Shown piece after piece: positions 23,932 to 36,770 of a DNA stretch of 64,000 bases (position 1 is the first letter of the stretch; every line of letters starts with the position of its first letter). The position numbers were made by a program, and so were the translations under genes. Origin of the DNA: Selaginella moellendorffii. Taxonomy: Eukaryota; Plantae; Lycopodiophyta. The notes beneath the pieces are model-generated. The model had not been told where the DNA came from. It ran no database searches and was given only the letters and a program-made list of their open reading frames with translations. Location: the NCBI RefSeq assembly GCF_000143415.4, contig NW_003314351.1, positions 183,490 through 247,489 of the forward strand. The letters are read 5' to 3'.

Positions 23932-25629
23932 ATGGCTTCCGTTACGCTTGACAGCAAAAAACCGGCCATTGATATTGATGCATTGAAGGAGGCACAGATT
24001 AGTCTTGCGGCCGAGCTGCGATCGTGCAGCTCTGTCAAGGACTTGACGAGAGCGAAGAAAATTCACCAGGCCATTCTCCGGAACAATCACCACAGGAAGG
24101 ACAGGTACCTCAACAATCTGGTCATTGAAACTTACGGCAAGTGTGGGAGCTTGGCAGAAGCGTGCCATGCCTTCGACAGTCCGTTTTGCTCCCCCAACGT
24201 TTTCAGCTGGACCATCATGGTCACCGCGTTTGCAGAGAATGGAAAGCTCGAGGAGGCCAAGCGTGCGTTTGACTCAATGCCCGAGAAGAACATCGTGTCA
24301 TGGAACTCTATCATCGCAGCATTTGCCCGTGAGGGGCGTCTGGAAGTAGCAAAGGGGATGTTTGAAGCGATGCCGGTTCATGACTTGGTTTCGTGGAACT
24401 CAATGGTGACGGCCTTTTCAAGAGCAAGGAAGCTTGATTCGACTCGGCTTTTATTCGATTCAATGCCAGAGTGGGATGTGGTGGCTTGTACCGGAATGCT
24501 TCATGCATTTGGCGAGGCCGGGGATTTTGCAAATGCGCAGAGGTTGTTTGAAGGAATGGCCGAGTGGAACGCTGCCTCTTGCAATGCTGTTATAGCCGGG
24601 CTAACTTCAAGCGGGAAGCTGGAGGAGGCTAGAAAAGTTTTTGATACGATGATGTCCGAGGTGGTGGAAAATGATCCTCAAAGAGAAACTTTGCTTCCGG
24701 AGAGGAACTTGGTCACCTGGAACTCGATGATGGCTGCTTATTCTCAAGCTGGGAAACTCGAAGAGGCCAAAGTTTTGTTTGATCGGATGCGGTCGAGGAA
24801 CATCGTCTCGTGGAACTCCATTCTACAGGCTTATGCCCAAGCCGGGTGTATCGAGGAACTGGAACAGGTGTTTGAGCTTATGCCCGAGAGAAACGTCGTC
24901 AGCTTTACGTGTCTGCTTCAAGCTTACGCCGACAATGGCCTTCTCCTTCAGGCGAAGAGGCTCTTTGATCGCATGCCGGACAGGAACGTAGTGTCGTGGA
25001 CGACCATGTTTCAAGCCTATACTCAAAACGGGCATCTCGAGCAGGCGAAGCTGATCTTCAACGCCATGCCAGAACGCAGTGTTGTGTCATGGAACTCTAT
25101 GGTGGCAACCGAGTGTGCAAGTGGTCATCCGGCAAAAGCCAAGGGAGTGTTTGATGCTATGCCGGAGTGGGACGCAGTGACTTTCACGCTGATGGTTGCG
25201 ACGTATGCTCACTTCGGGCATGGAGGAGAAGCCATGGGCCTCGTCTGGACAATGAACCTCGAAGGCATGGAACCGGACGAGATAGCTTTCACCAGTATCC
25301 TCACGGGCTGCAACCACGGTGGTCTCGTCGAAGAGAGCTTGCTGGTCTTTGTGCTTCTAACTGGAGATCATGGAGTCCCGACTCGTCTGGAACACTTCAG
25401 CTGCGTGATCGATCTCCTCGCGCGAAGTGGTCAGATTGAGAAGGCAAAGGAGCTCGTCCTCTCGTCGTCAGAACTTGAATCGAGTTCCGCGTGGGGTGCT
25501 ATACTAAACGCTTGCAAGATTCACAGGAACTTGAGCCAGGCAAGCTATGCTTCGGACAAGCTCGCCAAGCTGGAACCGGGATGCTCGTCACCTCATGTTC
25601 TGCTAGCAAGCGTGATGGGCTCTACGTGA
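23932..25629 (+). CDS. PLS-class PPR protein with an E domain and no DYW domain
   Basis: Repeated 'F..MPE.N.VSWN.M..A.A..G' motifs and an E-domain region 'EHFSCVIDLLARSG...AWGAILNACKIH'; intronless. Confidence 0.92.
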   Translation: MASVTLDSKKPAIDIDALKEAQISLAAELRSCSSVKDLTRAKKIHQAILRNNHHRKDRYLNNLVIETYGKCGSLAEACHAFDSPFCSPNVFSWTIMVTAFAENGKLEEAKRAFDSMPEKNIVSWNSIIAAFAREGRLEVAKGMFEAMPVHDLVSWNSMVTAFSRARKLDSTRLLFDSMPEWDVVACTGMLHAFGEAGDFANAQRLFEGMAEWNAASCNAVIAGLTSSGKLEEARKVFDTMMSEVVENDPQRETLLPERNLVTWNSMMAAYSQAGKLEEAKVLFDRMRSRNIVSWNSILQAYAQAGCIEELEQVFELMPERNVVSFTCLLQAYADNGLLLQAKRLFDRMPDRNVVSWTTMFQAYTQNGHLEQAKLIFNAMPERSVVSWNSMVATECASGHPAKAKGVFDAMPEWDAVTFTLMVATYAHFGHGGEAMGLVWTMNLEGMEPDEIAFTSILTGCNHGGLVEESLLVFVLLTGDHGVPTRLEHFSCVIDLLARSGQIEKAKELVLSSSELESSSAWGAILNACKIHRNLSQASYASDKLAKLEPGCSSPHVLLASVMGST

Positions 25630-25757
25630 GGGAGCAGCACTGAAAACGGGGTTTTTGAAATCACAGTTGCGATCGGTGACGCAAGCGGTCAGTGCGAGTA
25701 TCCATAGCTGATTATAAACACACTCCGCAGTCTTGAAGGAGCTCTCGGAAGGTCAGA

Positions 25758-28041
25758 ATGCTTTCGGCAGCACGTCAAGTCGAAGAGCAAGAGCAGGCGG
25801 CGGTGCCTCTGCTGGGTTCCAAGAAAGGAGCAGGGTATCCAGGTTGCCCCGGCTGCAAGGCTGCGCATCTCCAAAGGAAAAATGCGCCGGTGCCATACAA
25901 GCTACTTGGCTTTCTGGGAGTTGTTACCCTCGCCAACTGTAAGTCGTTGGTAGATGCCCTCTTTTTTCTAGTCTCTCAATCTTGTTTCTGCAGGTCTGCC
26001 AATCTCGGTTTTGTACCCGTTTGTGTATTTCATGGTACTGTCTCGAGATGTTACTTTGCTTGTTTTCATTCGCTTTATGACAGGTGAAAGACTTTCACGT
26101 CGCGAAATCGGATGAAGACATTGGATATTATGCTGGCTGGCTTGGTGAGCGTGACGCTTCTCTAGATCACTCACCAGTTTTGTTTCCAGGCTCTTCGTTT
26201 ATGGCTGGAAGAGCTGTGACTGGACTTTTCTGGGGGAGGATTGCAGACAAGTATGGTCGAAAGTCTGCTATGTATCTTGGTATTACTTCAGTGTATGTAT
26301 ATCTATTGCCTCTCGAGTTCATGAATAATCCTGATTGCTTGTGTGTTTTTTTTCTTGTAGATTGGTGTTCAACACCCTGTTCGGAATGAGTACTAATTTC
26401 GCAATGGCTCTGGTGACCCGTTTTATCCTTGGAAGCTTCAATGGGATTCTCGGAGTGGTGAAAGCTTATGCTTCTGAGATTTGCAGTGAGGAGCATCAGG
26501 CAGTTAGTATGTCAACGGTGAGACTTTAAGGTTTGCATCTACTCTGTCAACTAGAACGATATTCAGGTTGGGACCACCTGGGGGTTGGGATTGATTGTTG
26601 GCCCATCGCTGGGGGGATTCTTAGCTCAGGTTAGTGGAATTTGTTACCAAGAAGCTAGGCTTATTTATTTATTTATTTATTTCCAGCCAGCTGAGAAATT
26701 TCCAAACGTTTTCACAAAGGGAAGCATTTTTGCAAGGTAATGATTAGAAATTTAATAAGTTGGCACGACATTGTTGTTGATTCTTTTTCTCAGATTTCCA
26801 TATCTCCTACAGGCACTTTGCGTTTCCGCTTTTGCTCTAGTCGCGCTTTTTGTGATCCCTGCGCTTCCGGTAAGCTAGCAATTGCGATCAACGTTGTTGT
26901 CAATAACCATTCCATAGGAAACGTTGCACAAACACCACAACACAGTGAAGGACGAGGAGTCATCGGTTGAGAGAAGCGAGAAGGAAGACCAGTCCATTTG
27001 GACAAATTGGCCTCTGATGGCGTCCACAGTTGTCTACTGCCTGTGGTCTCTTCATAACATTGCTTACACCGAGGTATGCAACACTGTTTAATTTTCTAGT
27101 GAAACATCCTGTGTTTACAGATTTTTTCGCTATGGTCTGTCAGCCCACGGGCAGACGGCGGCCTTGGGTTCACAAGTTCTGATGTTGGTGCAGTACTAGG
27201 AGTATCTGGTGAGTCACAGGATTTCTAGTGTTGCTAATCACTAATACTAAATGCTTGTAGGATTCGCCATGCTTGTGACACAGACTTTGCTGTTTCCGGT
27301 CGTTGCTAGATTGATTGGTGCAATCAGATCTTATCGCTATGCAGCAGTAAGTTTCTCTTCCTTCTGTTTTTTTTTTCTTTCTTAAACGCAACAGATCTGT
27401 GTTTTGCCAGCTTATTACTGTTCCACTGCTAATTTCGTATCCTTTCTTCAATAAAATTCACAACAGTACCTGGACACATATAGTAGTTTTCTCGGCTTCC
27501 ATTTTGAAATTCGTCCTCTCGGTAAGATCCTGTAATCTTATGGATTTAAGTGATTTGGAGCTGTACAGGTCGCAGCATTCACCGGTTCTTTCATGCTCAC
27601 TAACAACACAGTGGTACGCAATTCATGAACCGGTTTTTCTTCCTCTGAATCTTTCTTTTACGTTGTTTTGCAGAAGCAACGCCAGAGGGGCGCTGCTAAC
27701 GGATTTTCCGTGAGCGTCGTTTCGGTTTTTAAAGCAATAGGACCAGCAGCCGGAGGCATTGTGTAAGTCTTTCTTGAAGTGTTTTAGGCGGTAATGTTTT
27801 CGAGTGATTGAATTATGACAGTTTTGCGTGGGCTCAAACGAGACAAGACGCGTGGTTTCTACCTGGTGCGTTAATCTACCTTGCATTTGTCTAGTTTTGT
27901 TGATTCGAGAAGCTTAGCTTTGTTTCAGGCGACCATTTGGTGTTTTTCTTCCTCATCGTGTTCGCGTTTCTTACATTTATCTGTACGTTCGAGCCGTTTT
28001 TGCCTCGATCCGCAGATAAACTTATGGAAGAAGACACTTGA
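25758..28041 (+). CDS. ZIFL: ZINC INDUCED FACILITATOR-LIKE MFS transporter, tandem copy 1 (multi-exon)
   Basis: PGCPGC, LPIS.LYPF.YFMVKDFHVAKSDEDIGYYAG, WGRIADKYGRK, KAYASE, GLIVGP.LGGFLAQPAEK, QRGAANG and FAWAQ.RQDA.FLPG motifs. Confidence 0.9.
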
Positions 28042-28319
28042 TATCCTCATTGGCAATATAATCGATTCTCATGTTTAAAACAAGACTCTGCAGGTAACTC
28101 GCGTAGAGAAAACAATGTCATGATATATGACTCCTCAGAAGCGGTCGAAAAGAAGATATGAAGCAAGGGAAGTGCGTTGATTGCGGAGAGAAATGGAGTC
28201 GAGGTTTGCCCGACTCCGAAGAGCAAACAGCCAGCGAAGGGAAAGGCGTCCGTGGATTGTTTGCGCGAGACTGCCTATGGAACGATGCTACGTTTCGACA
28301 TGGAGGAGGTTGACGACAA

Positions 28320-28652
28320 CCATTGGCCGTTTCCTTCAGCCCCCGTGAGTTTTTAAGCTGGAAACACATTTCCTTTGTTAAAAACGTGAAATGTTTCAGG
28401 TGCCAAGGCGGAGTTTTTGTAGCGACAACGTTCTTGTCGAGGTCAATCTTGTCTTTCCTACCTGTAAGCAAGTAACCCCTAAAGTTAAAAATTCTGGCTT
28501 GCAGAATTATCATCGAGTTTGAGATGGAGTGCTATACTAAACGCTTGCAAGATTCACGGGAACTTGAGCGAGGCAAGCTATGCTTTGGACAAGCTCGCCT
28601 TTGCTGGAACCCACCTCATGTTTTGCTAGCAAGCGGGATGGGCTCTACGTGA
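28320..28652 (+). pseudogene. Remnant of the duplicated methyltransferase 3' exons joined to the PPR 3' end
   Basis: 28320-28525 matches 23496-23737 and 28527-28652 matches 25493-25630; about 1.75 kb of intervening sequence is missing. Confidence 0.85.
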
Positions 28653-28829
28653 GTCATTTCGAAGAGAGCTGCATTGGCGAATCTCTACGGACTGAAAACG
28701 AGGTTTTGGAATCAGTGTTGTGATAGGTGACGCAACCGGTAAGTAGCTTCCAAGCTATTTCATTGCTTGTCTATAGCTGACTATAAATACAGCTCTGCTG
28801 TCTCGTTTGTAGGCGTTCAGAAGGGGAGA

Positions 28830-31146
28830 ATGACTTCGGCTGCACGTCAAGCCGAAGAGCAAGAGCAGGAGGTGCCGCTGCTGGTTTCCAAGGATGGAGG
28901 AGGCCATCCAGATTGCCCCGGCTGCAAGGCTGCGCATCTCCGACGGAAAAATGCGCCGGTGCCATACAAGCTGCTGGGCTTTCTGGGAATTGTTATCCTC
29001 GCCAACTGTAAGTGGCTGAGGTAGATGCCCTCTTTTTCCAAGTCTCTCAATTTTGTTTCTGCAGGTCTGCCAATCTCGGTTTTGTACCCGTTTGTGTATT
29101 TCATGGTAGTGTCTCGAGATGTTACTTTGCTGGTTTTCATTCTCTTTATGACAGGTGAAAGACTTTCATGTCGCGAAATCGGATGAAGACATTGGATATT
29201 ATGCTGGCTGGCTTGGTGAGCGTGACGCTTTTCTAGATCTTTTCCGTTTGCTCACTTGTTTTGTTTCCAGGCTCGTCGTTTATGGCTGGAAGAGCTGTGA
29301 CTGGACTTGTCTGGGGGAGGATTGCAGACAAGTATGGTCGAAAGTCTGCTATGTATCTTGGCGTCACTTCAGTGTATGTATATCTATTGCCTCTCGAGTT
29401 CGTGATCAATCCTGATTGTGTGTTTGTGTGTTTTTTCTGGTAGACTGGTGTTCAACACCCTCTTCGGATTGAGTACTAATTTCGCAATGGCTCTGGCAAC
29501 CCGTTTTATTCTTGGGAGCTTCAATGGGATTCTCGGAGTGGTGAAAGCTTATGCTTCTGAGATTGTCAGCGAGGAGCATCAGGCTGTTGGTATGTCGACG
29601 GTGAGGCTTTTAAGTTTGCATTTACACTCTGTCAACCAAAACGAGAGTTCATTCAGGTTGGGACCGCTTGGGGATTGGGATTGATTATTGGCCCATCGTT
29701 GGGGGGATTCTTGGCTCAGGTTTATGGAATTTCTTACCAAGGATCTGCGCTTATAACTATATTTTTTGGTCATTTCAGCCAGCTGAGAAATTTCCTAATG
29801 TCTTCACAAAGGGCAGCATTTTTGCAAGGTAATGATGAAACTTTTAATCATTTGGCGCAGAATTCTTTTTGATGTTTTTTCTCAGATTTCCATATCTTCT
29901 ACAGGCACTTTGCGTTTCCGCTATTGCTGTAGTTGCGCTTTTTGTGATCCCTGCGCTTCCGGTAAGCTAGCGATTGCGATGAACATTGTTGTCAATAACC
30001 ATTCCATAGGAAACGTTGCACAAACATCACAACACAGTGAAGGACGAGGAATCCTCAGTTGATAAGTCACAAGAGGAGGACCAATCCATTTGGACAAACT
30101 GGCCTTTGATGGCGTCCACAGCTGTCTACTGCTTCTGGTCTCTTCATGATATTGCTTATACAGAGGTATGCAACCCGGTTTTATTTTTCTAGTGACTCAA
30201 CCTGTGTGTTTTACAGACTTTCTCGCTATGGTCTGTCAGCCCACGCGCATACGGCGGCCTTGGGTTCACAAGCTCTAATGTTGGTGCAGTTCTAGGAGTC
30301 TCTGGTGAGTCTCTTACGATTTCTAGTGTTACTAATCACAAAATACTTGAAACTTGTAGGATTCGCCATGCTTGTGGCGCAGTCTTTGTTGTTTCCTGTT
30401 GTTGCTAGATTGATTGGAACAATCCGATCTTGTCGCTATGCAGCAGTAAGTTTCTGTTCTTATTTCTTTCTTTGTTCTTTCTAAACGCAAGTGTTTTGCC
30501 AGCTTATTACTATTCCGCTGCTAGTTTTGTACCCTTTCTTCAATAAAATTCACAACAGTACCTGGACACATTTAATAGTTTTCTCGGCTTCGATTTTGAA
30601 ATACGTCCTCACGGTAAGATATTGTAATCTTGATTGTCGAATGAAGTTGAGAGACTTGGAGCTGTACAGGTCGCAGCAATGACCGGTTCTTTCATGCTCA
30701 TTAACAACACGGTGGTACGCTATTCACGAACCAGTTTTTCTTCCTCTAGTAACTCTACGTGCTCTTGTTGTTTTACAGAAGCAACGCCAAAGGGGCGCTG
30801 CTAATGGATTCTCCGTGAGCGTCGTTTCAGTTTTTAAAGCAATAGGACCAGCAGCCGGAGGGATTGTGTAAGTTTTTCTCGAACTTTTCAGGCAAACCAG
30901 TGGTAATGTTAACGAGTGACTGAATGGTGGCAGTTTTGCGTGGGCTCAAACGAGACAAGACGCGTGGTTTCTACCTGGTTCGTTAAGCTTTTCCTTGCAT
31001 TTGTCTAGTTTTGTTGATTCGAGAAGCTTTCAGGTGACCATTTGGTGTTTTTCTTCCTCAACGTGTTCGCGTTCCTCACAGTAATCTCTACGTTCGAGCC
31101 GTTCTTGCCTCGATCCGCAGACAAACTTATGGAAGAAGACATTTGA
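28830..31146 (+). CDS. ZIFL: ZIFL MFS transporter, tandem copy 2
   Basis: Collinear exon-by-exon with copy 1, with similar introns; ends PRSADKLMEEDI*. Confidence 0.9.
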
Positions 31147-31337
31147 GAAGCACATTGCACCTTCTTGGGAATCTAATAGAATAGATTCTCCCTGAAGACA
31201 AAAGCAAGCATGACTTTGCAGAATGATCCAAGAACACAGAATCGCGGAAGTCAAAAGCTTTTTGCTGTATATGATTAATTCTTTTCTTTATATATATGAA
31301 TAAGCGATCAATGATTGTGCAAAGAAATTTGGTGAGA

Positions 31338-32474
31338 ATGCCTACAAGGTTGCTTCTTTGGTTTGTTTTCCAAGCACTGCTTTTTACTACTTATGCGAAA
31401 GCGCAAATTATTGAGGTAGTATTTCTAAATTCTGTTTCAAGATTTTTTTTCTTTTAACATGTCTATGGCTTTGGAATTTTTAGCTTCATTCACCTGTACA
31501 GAAAACCCACAACAACTCAACAAAATTTGAGGTTTAAATGATAAACGTTTGAGATACATCGCCTCTAAAATGTATATTAAACAGCAAGCAGGTGTTTTAG
31601 CTGAGGGAAAATTCTTGGGTGCCAAGGCTACACTGAATGTATGGCTGCCAGTGGTAGAAGTTTCCAAAGAATACAGTGCATCTTTCATCTCTCTCTTCTC
31701 AAACAACAATACTAAAGTTATTGAAGCTGGAGTGCATGTAAGCATTCTTTTCTTCTTATACTTATTGTTATTAGTTTGACAATCTGATTTTCGTTCCAGG
31801 TGTATCCAGGACTTTACAAAGAAGTGAATCAAAGCCTTAGAATTTTCACATACTGGACAGTGAGTCAGTCAAGAGACTCTTCATGAAGAGAGCTAATTTC
31901 AAATCTTCACAGGTTGATGGATTCCACAAAACTGGCTGCTACAATCAGGAGTGCAAGGGTTTTGTGAAGACCAACAAACAAGTGACATTGGGTGCTTCTT
32001 TGCCACCACCATTTTCCTCAATAAATGGAGATCAATATACAATGGACGTGTCCATTGCCAAGGTAACAAAACCTGTTTTACAGTTTCAAAGCTACCAACT
32101 AGCTTACATATTTTCTTTCTCAGGAAAAAAAAAGTGGGAAATGGTGGCTCACATTTGCAGATCTTGTGATAGGTTACTGGCCTGCTGACATGCTGGAAGA
32201 CTTTGCAAGTGTAGTCCAGTGGGGTGGAGAAGTGATGAACACCAAGCCTTCAAACAGACACACCAGAACACAAATGGGAAGTGGAAACTTTGCAGAGTCT
32301 GGGGCTTCCTGGGCCAGTTTCATCAGTGATCTTAAAGTTCTAACTCAATTCAACCACAGTGTGGAGCCTGCTAAGCTTTCCACTTATGCTACACATCCAG
32401 AGTGTTACAATTCCCTCCTGACTAAAGGAGGAGTGTATTATGGAGGACCAGGATTAAGTGCCTTCTGCAAGTAG
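31338..32474 (+). CDS. Secreted neprosin-domain (DUF239, glutamic peptidase) protein
   Basis: Signal peptide, GAKATLNVW.P, IEAGVHVYPGLY, FTYWT.DG..KTGCYN..C.GFV, GYWP, QWGGEV, QMGSG.F and YYGGPG...C motifs. Confidence 0.9.
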
Positions 32475-33171
32475 CTTTCTTTAGAGAAAAGCAGAATAAA
32501 GTAGAAAGCTTTTGATCTTGGTGGCAAAAACTTTATCAACCAAATTTCCCCTCTTCCTTCTCTTTGAATCACTTCGTTTCGTTGCTTCGACTTCTTGTCT
32601 TGATTCCCGCAGGAAAATGGAGTCCAAGACCATTGCAAAGCCTTTGGAACGATCACTTGATCCAGATCTGTCTGCCAGAAAGACTCCACGAACACTGCTG
32701 GAAGCTGATTACACCATCCGAAGTTCTACTGCATTACCGAACTTGCCTCTGGCATTGGCGTGTCCAGCCAACTCGACGGCTCGGACGGAGAGAATTGTCG
32801 TGTTTCGGGGAACTCAAAAGATTGCCCTTGCCACTGCTACTACTACTCATTTCCTGTGGATCCAGAAAAATGGCACCCTTCACTTCATTGTGACCACCTG
32901 AAGTTGATATGAAGTCATCCAGCGGGTGAGAAAGTTTCAGCAGTGTTGACTATATACGTTACCTGGTGCAAGTAGACAACTTAAGATTTCCTTTCTTGAG
33001 CTGAAAAAATTGGAGCTATAAATTTCGCAGTTGACCAAGTACAGAATTATTCTGAAAGAGACATTGTCAGAAGAAAGCCAGGAACTCATTTCCTTGCTTG
33101 CCTAGTCAATGGTCCTGTGCTCCTCTTGAGTACATATCATCTGGAATATCCCGTTCTAGGAACTAGAGCAC

Positions 33172-34314
33172 TCAATTGCGTTGGAAACCCCAAAGCTGCA
33201 CAGTACAAGAACTGATTATGAGAACGAAGCTACGCGACAGAGTACACAAACCTCAACGTCTTTCAGTTTGAACTCGTCGGCGTATGCCAAACATGTATTG
33301 CCGAAAGTTTGAGATTCGCCACTGGAGCCATTCTGCCTGATAGAAACAGCACCGACCGAGTGAGCAAAATTGCATGGCACACTTATCCACACAAGGAATG
33401 CTTACAAATCATTGTCCAGGTAGAGTGCAAAGTGACCACCACCACCTAAAGCCAGCGCCTCATTGGTACACAAAACATAGTATCGATTGGCACCTATCAC
33501 ACTAACGTCTGAGATTTGGAAAAGAATGAAACTTATAGAAAGGAAACATCACTTGCCTGTTGAGTGGAACACTTGTGGAGCCCCCGAAACAGTAGTGAAA
33601 ACGAACGTGTTCGCATCCCCCTGGAAAACCATCCAGGATCAAACACGTTGGAGACACATATCGGCTATAAAGACAAACCTGGTACTTTTTCGTTGTGCTT
33701 GGATTCAATGGTGCAGACAAAAGAGCTCCAAAAACAGTCCCTGTAGTGTCTGCCACAGCCTGAAGAATCGAAAACGATGTCAAAGAAAAGTTGCTTGATC
33801 ATCACTAACAACTAGAAGGGGCTTGGCTATGAAAATTAAATGATTCTCTTCTTACCAATAAGCAGTGGCCAATCACAGTGGAGCTCTTGCGGTACAGTGT
33901 AAGCAACGAAATTCCATCTCTCCAAGTGCTGAGCTGATCCAAGGCATGGAAATCGTGAGCAGCAGCGATGGATCGACCACATTACCTGTAGAGGAGAAGC
34001 CAATGCCGATGCCGAGCTAGCGTAGGCAGCGCGGAATGTAGCACGGATTGGAGCTCTTGTGAGATCAGGGACGACGACTGTGACATCGATGGAAGGATAA
34101 TCTGCTGCTGCTGCTCGTCGCGATCAAGATCGCGCGACTTTCTACCGGAAGACGATGCCAAACCCTTGTCTCGACCTTCCTCGCGGCGATCGCCGATCTT
34201 GTCGCTCAATCCAGCAACGGGACTGAAGCACGCGAAGATGGAGAAGAGATTCGCGAAAATCCCGCGGTGGCGCTTGCGTCGTCGAGCCGCATTGCCGTGT
34301 CCTACCTCGCCCAT
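33172..34314 (-). CDS. TLDc-domain (oxidation resistance OXR-like) protein
   Basis: Spliced W.LLYSTWRDGISL.TLYRKS, D..G.VFG.L, TFVFT, GANRYY, ALALGGGGHFALYLDNDL, GSS..SQTFGN.CLA and DVELWGF. Confidence 0.9.
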
Positions 34315-34356
34315 CCTCAAGAACCCTAAAATAAAGAGGAAGCGCATAGTTCTTCT

Positions 34357-36770
34357 ATGAGGCATGGCGATCTCTCCAAGCGCGCGTTAAGGTATGCTCT
34401 TCGTCGAGGCTATGGCTTCTCCACGGCAGCCGCGGAGAATGCAGGGATCACAGACAGCGATGTCCAGCTCCTCTTGCGCGTTCACGGCAAGGCGCTGCTC
34501 CGCAAGAGCGCCATGGATTTCAATCCCCCTCTGGTCGCCAAGAGATCTCCGGCGACGAAGGTTTCCTTGCAGTCTGTGCTAGATTTTCGAGAGGATCAAG
34601 CGCTCCAGCAGCAGCAGCAGCACAGGATCGAGCCAGGCACACAGCCGAAGGGAAAATCTGAGGAGTCGAAAGGAATGGATTTGGCTATTTTTTTGGGAAG
34701 TCTCAAGCCCCTCCAGGGCGATACGTCCTTGAAGAAATCGGCGAGGTGGGAGAAGATGAAAGAGAAGGTGGCTCGGCGCAGACCTCCAGTGGTGGTGGTG
34801 GAAGAAAAAAATCTGGTTCCACCACCTCTCGAGCTAGAACAAGAGGTGGAAGTCCTTCCGAAAGCTCCGGAGGGTCATGAAGCTACTACTGCTACTTCCG
34901 CAGTTGTGAACAACCGGATTGATCTCGAGGTGCCGAGCTTGAATTTTGGAAACGAATTCTTCCAGATGGAGGAGACGAAGATCGAATCAAGTCGCTCAAA
35001 GATCTCGGAGTTCTTGGAGCGGCTCAAACGAGAGAAGGCGCTGTCTTTGGTTTCTTCGAATGCCAAGGCTGAGGAAAAATCCTTGGTAGAGAGTCCGACA
35101 AGAAGGTAGGGACTCAAGCTCCTCGTTTTCTCTTAAGTTTTATGTTCGCAGGGTCTGGACTGGAGGAACACAAGCTACTTGTTACAATCTGATCGACCAG
35201 GTTGGTTGTTTTTTTTGCATTTGATTCGCGCTTATAACTCTGAAACTTACAGGAAGTTTTCACCGCTATGCAAGCTCTGGACTCGGCTAGCGATATCCAT
35301 GGCTCGAACATCAGTGGTGGAACTCTCAAAGTTTTGATACGAAGCTTCAGTAATCTGGATGTCATCGAAGGCTCGATCAAAGTTCTCCAGGAAACGAAGG
35401 ACTTTGGCTTTCTGCCGTCGACGACAACGCACAGTGTACTCGTCTGCCTGCTGCTAAAGTCTGGAGAACAAGAGAGAGCCAAGCAAATGCTGGGAGAGTT
35501 TCTCTTGGAAGGTTCAAAGCCATCAGCAGGGATCTTTTTTACACTGATCGATGCGTTTGAAAGAGTGGGAAATCTCTCGGCCGTGCATATACTCTTCCTC
35601 GGAATGCTCCAAAGCATGGTTCGTGTGAACGCCGACACGACAGAGAAGTTTTTCAGCATTCTTCTAAGGGCAGGGATGGCCGAGCAAACTTACACACTGT
35701 TCCAAGAGTACCCGATCACAGGCTCGGACATTAGAGTGGAGACCGGGAATTTTCTCATGGACTGCCTTGGGAAGGCCGGAAAACACAAGTGGTCCGCGAG
35801 GATACTGTCACGCATGAGAAGATATCGTATCTCCAACGTCAGCTCCTACAACATCATGATCAAGAACTTGGTCAAGGACTCGGAGCTGACAAAGTCTCTC
35901 AAGGTTTTTCACATGTTCGAAGCCGATCAGCTATCACCGGACGTGGGAACTTATCACTACATCGTCTCTGGTCTGTGCAAAGCCAACAAGACGAAGATGG
36001 CGGCCATGTACTTCGAGGGAATGAAGAAGCTCGGGCTCTTACCGGACACCATGACTTACTCGACCATGATCGACTGCTACGGAAGAGCCGGCAAAGTCAA
36101 CAGAGCTCTGCAGCTGTTTGAAGAGATGAAGCGGAAAAATGTCCGTCTCGACACCCGCGTCTTCAACTCGTTGCTCCGAGCGGTCGGGACGTCATACAAG
36201 CCATCGCTGGTTTACAACATCTTTCGGGAGATGCAGTACTTTGGCCAAGTCCCGGACATATGGAGCTACAATCTCCTCTTCTACGGGCTGGCCAGGCGGG
36301 GACGAAGGAAAAGGCTTCGCAAAGTTTACCGGGAGATGAAAAGAGATGGGCTCAAGCCGGACATCTACACCTACACAGCGATCATACTTTGCCTTGGGAA
36401 CGCCGGAAGGACCAAGTCGGCTTACAACTTCATGCAAGGCTTGCTCAGGAAAGGAGTGGAAGTTAACGTAAAGACCTGGAACGCGCTGCTGCGAGGACTC
36501 ACAAAGGAGGACGTGATCGAAGTGGCGTTTTCGGTCTACAACGACATGAAGGCTCGGGGATTTAAGCCTGACAACACCACTTACAGCCTTCTCCTCGAGA
36601 ACAGCATCGCATTGAGGGACGCGAAGAAGGTGTATCGGATCCAGAGGGACTTCAAGGACTCCCGGCTGGAGCCTGACGCTCCAATGCAGAAGATATTGCA
36701 GCGCTCCATCAGGTACATGAGCAAAGACAGGCGGACTCCTTTCGATCCACAGGTCCTACTTAAGTCCTGA
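34357..36770 (+). CDS. P-class PPR protein with a long N-terminal extension, probably mitochondrial (3 exons)
   Basis: Arg-rich targeting-like N-terminus. Exons ~34357-35105, 35152-35200 and 35252-36770, the last carrying tandem 35-aa P repeats (e.g. PDTMTYSTMIDCYGRAGKV). Confidence 0.88.

Noticed and set aside
6925-31146. Possible biosynthetic cluster (P450, permease, VOC protein, methyltransferase, two MFS transporters)
   Set aside because: No scaffold-forming enzyme; the methyltransferase and VOC gene look like conserved housekeeping orthologs and unrelated genes intervene.
32512-33100. ORFs and minus-strand splice signals between the neprosin and TLDc genes
   Set aside because: No recognisable product; may be a spliced 3'UTR of the TLDc gene.
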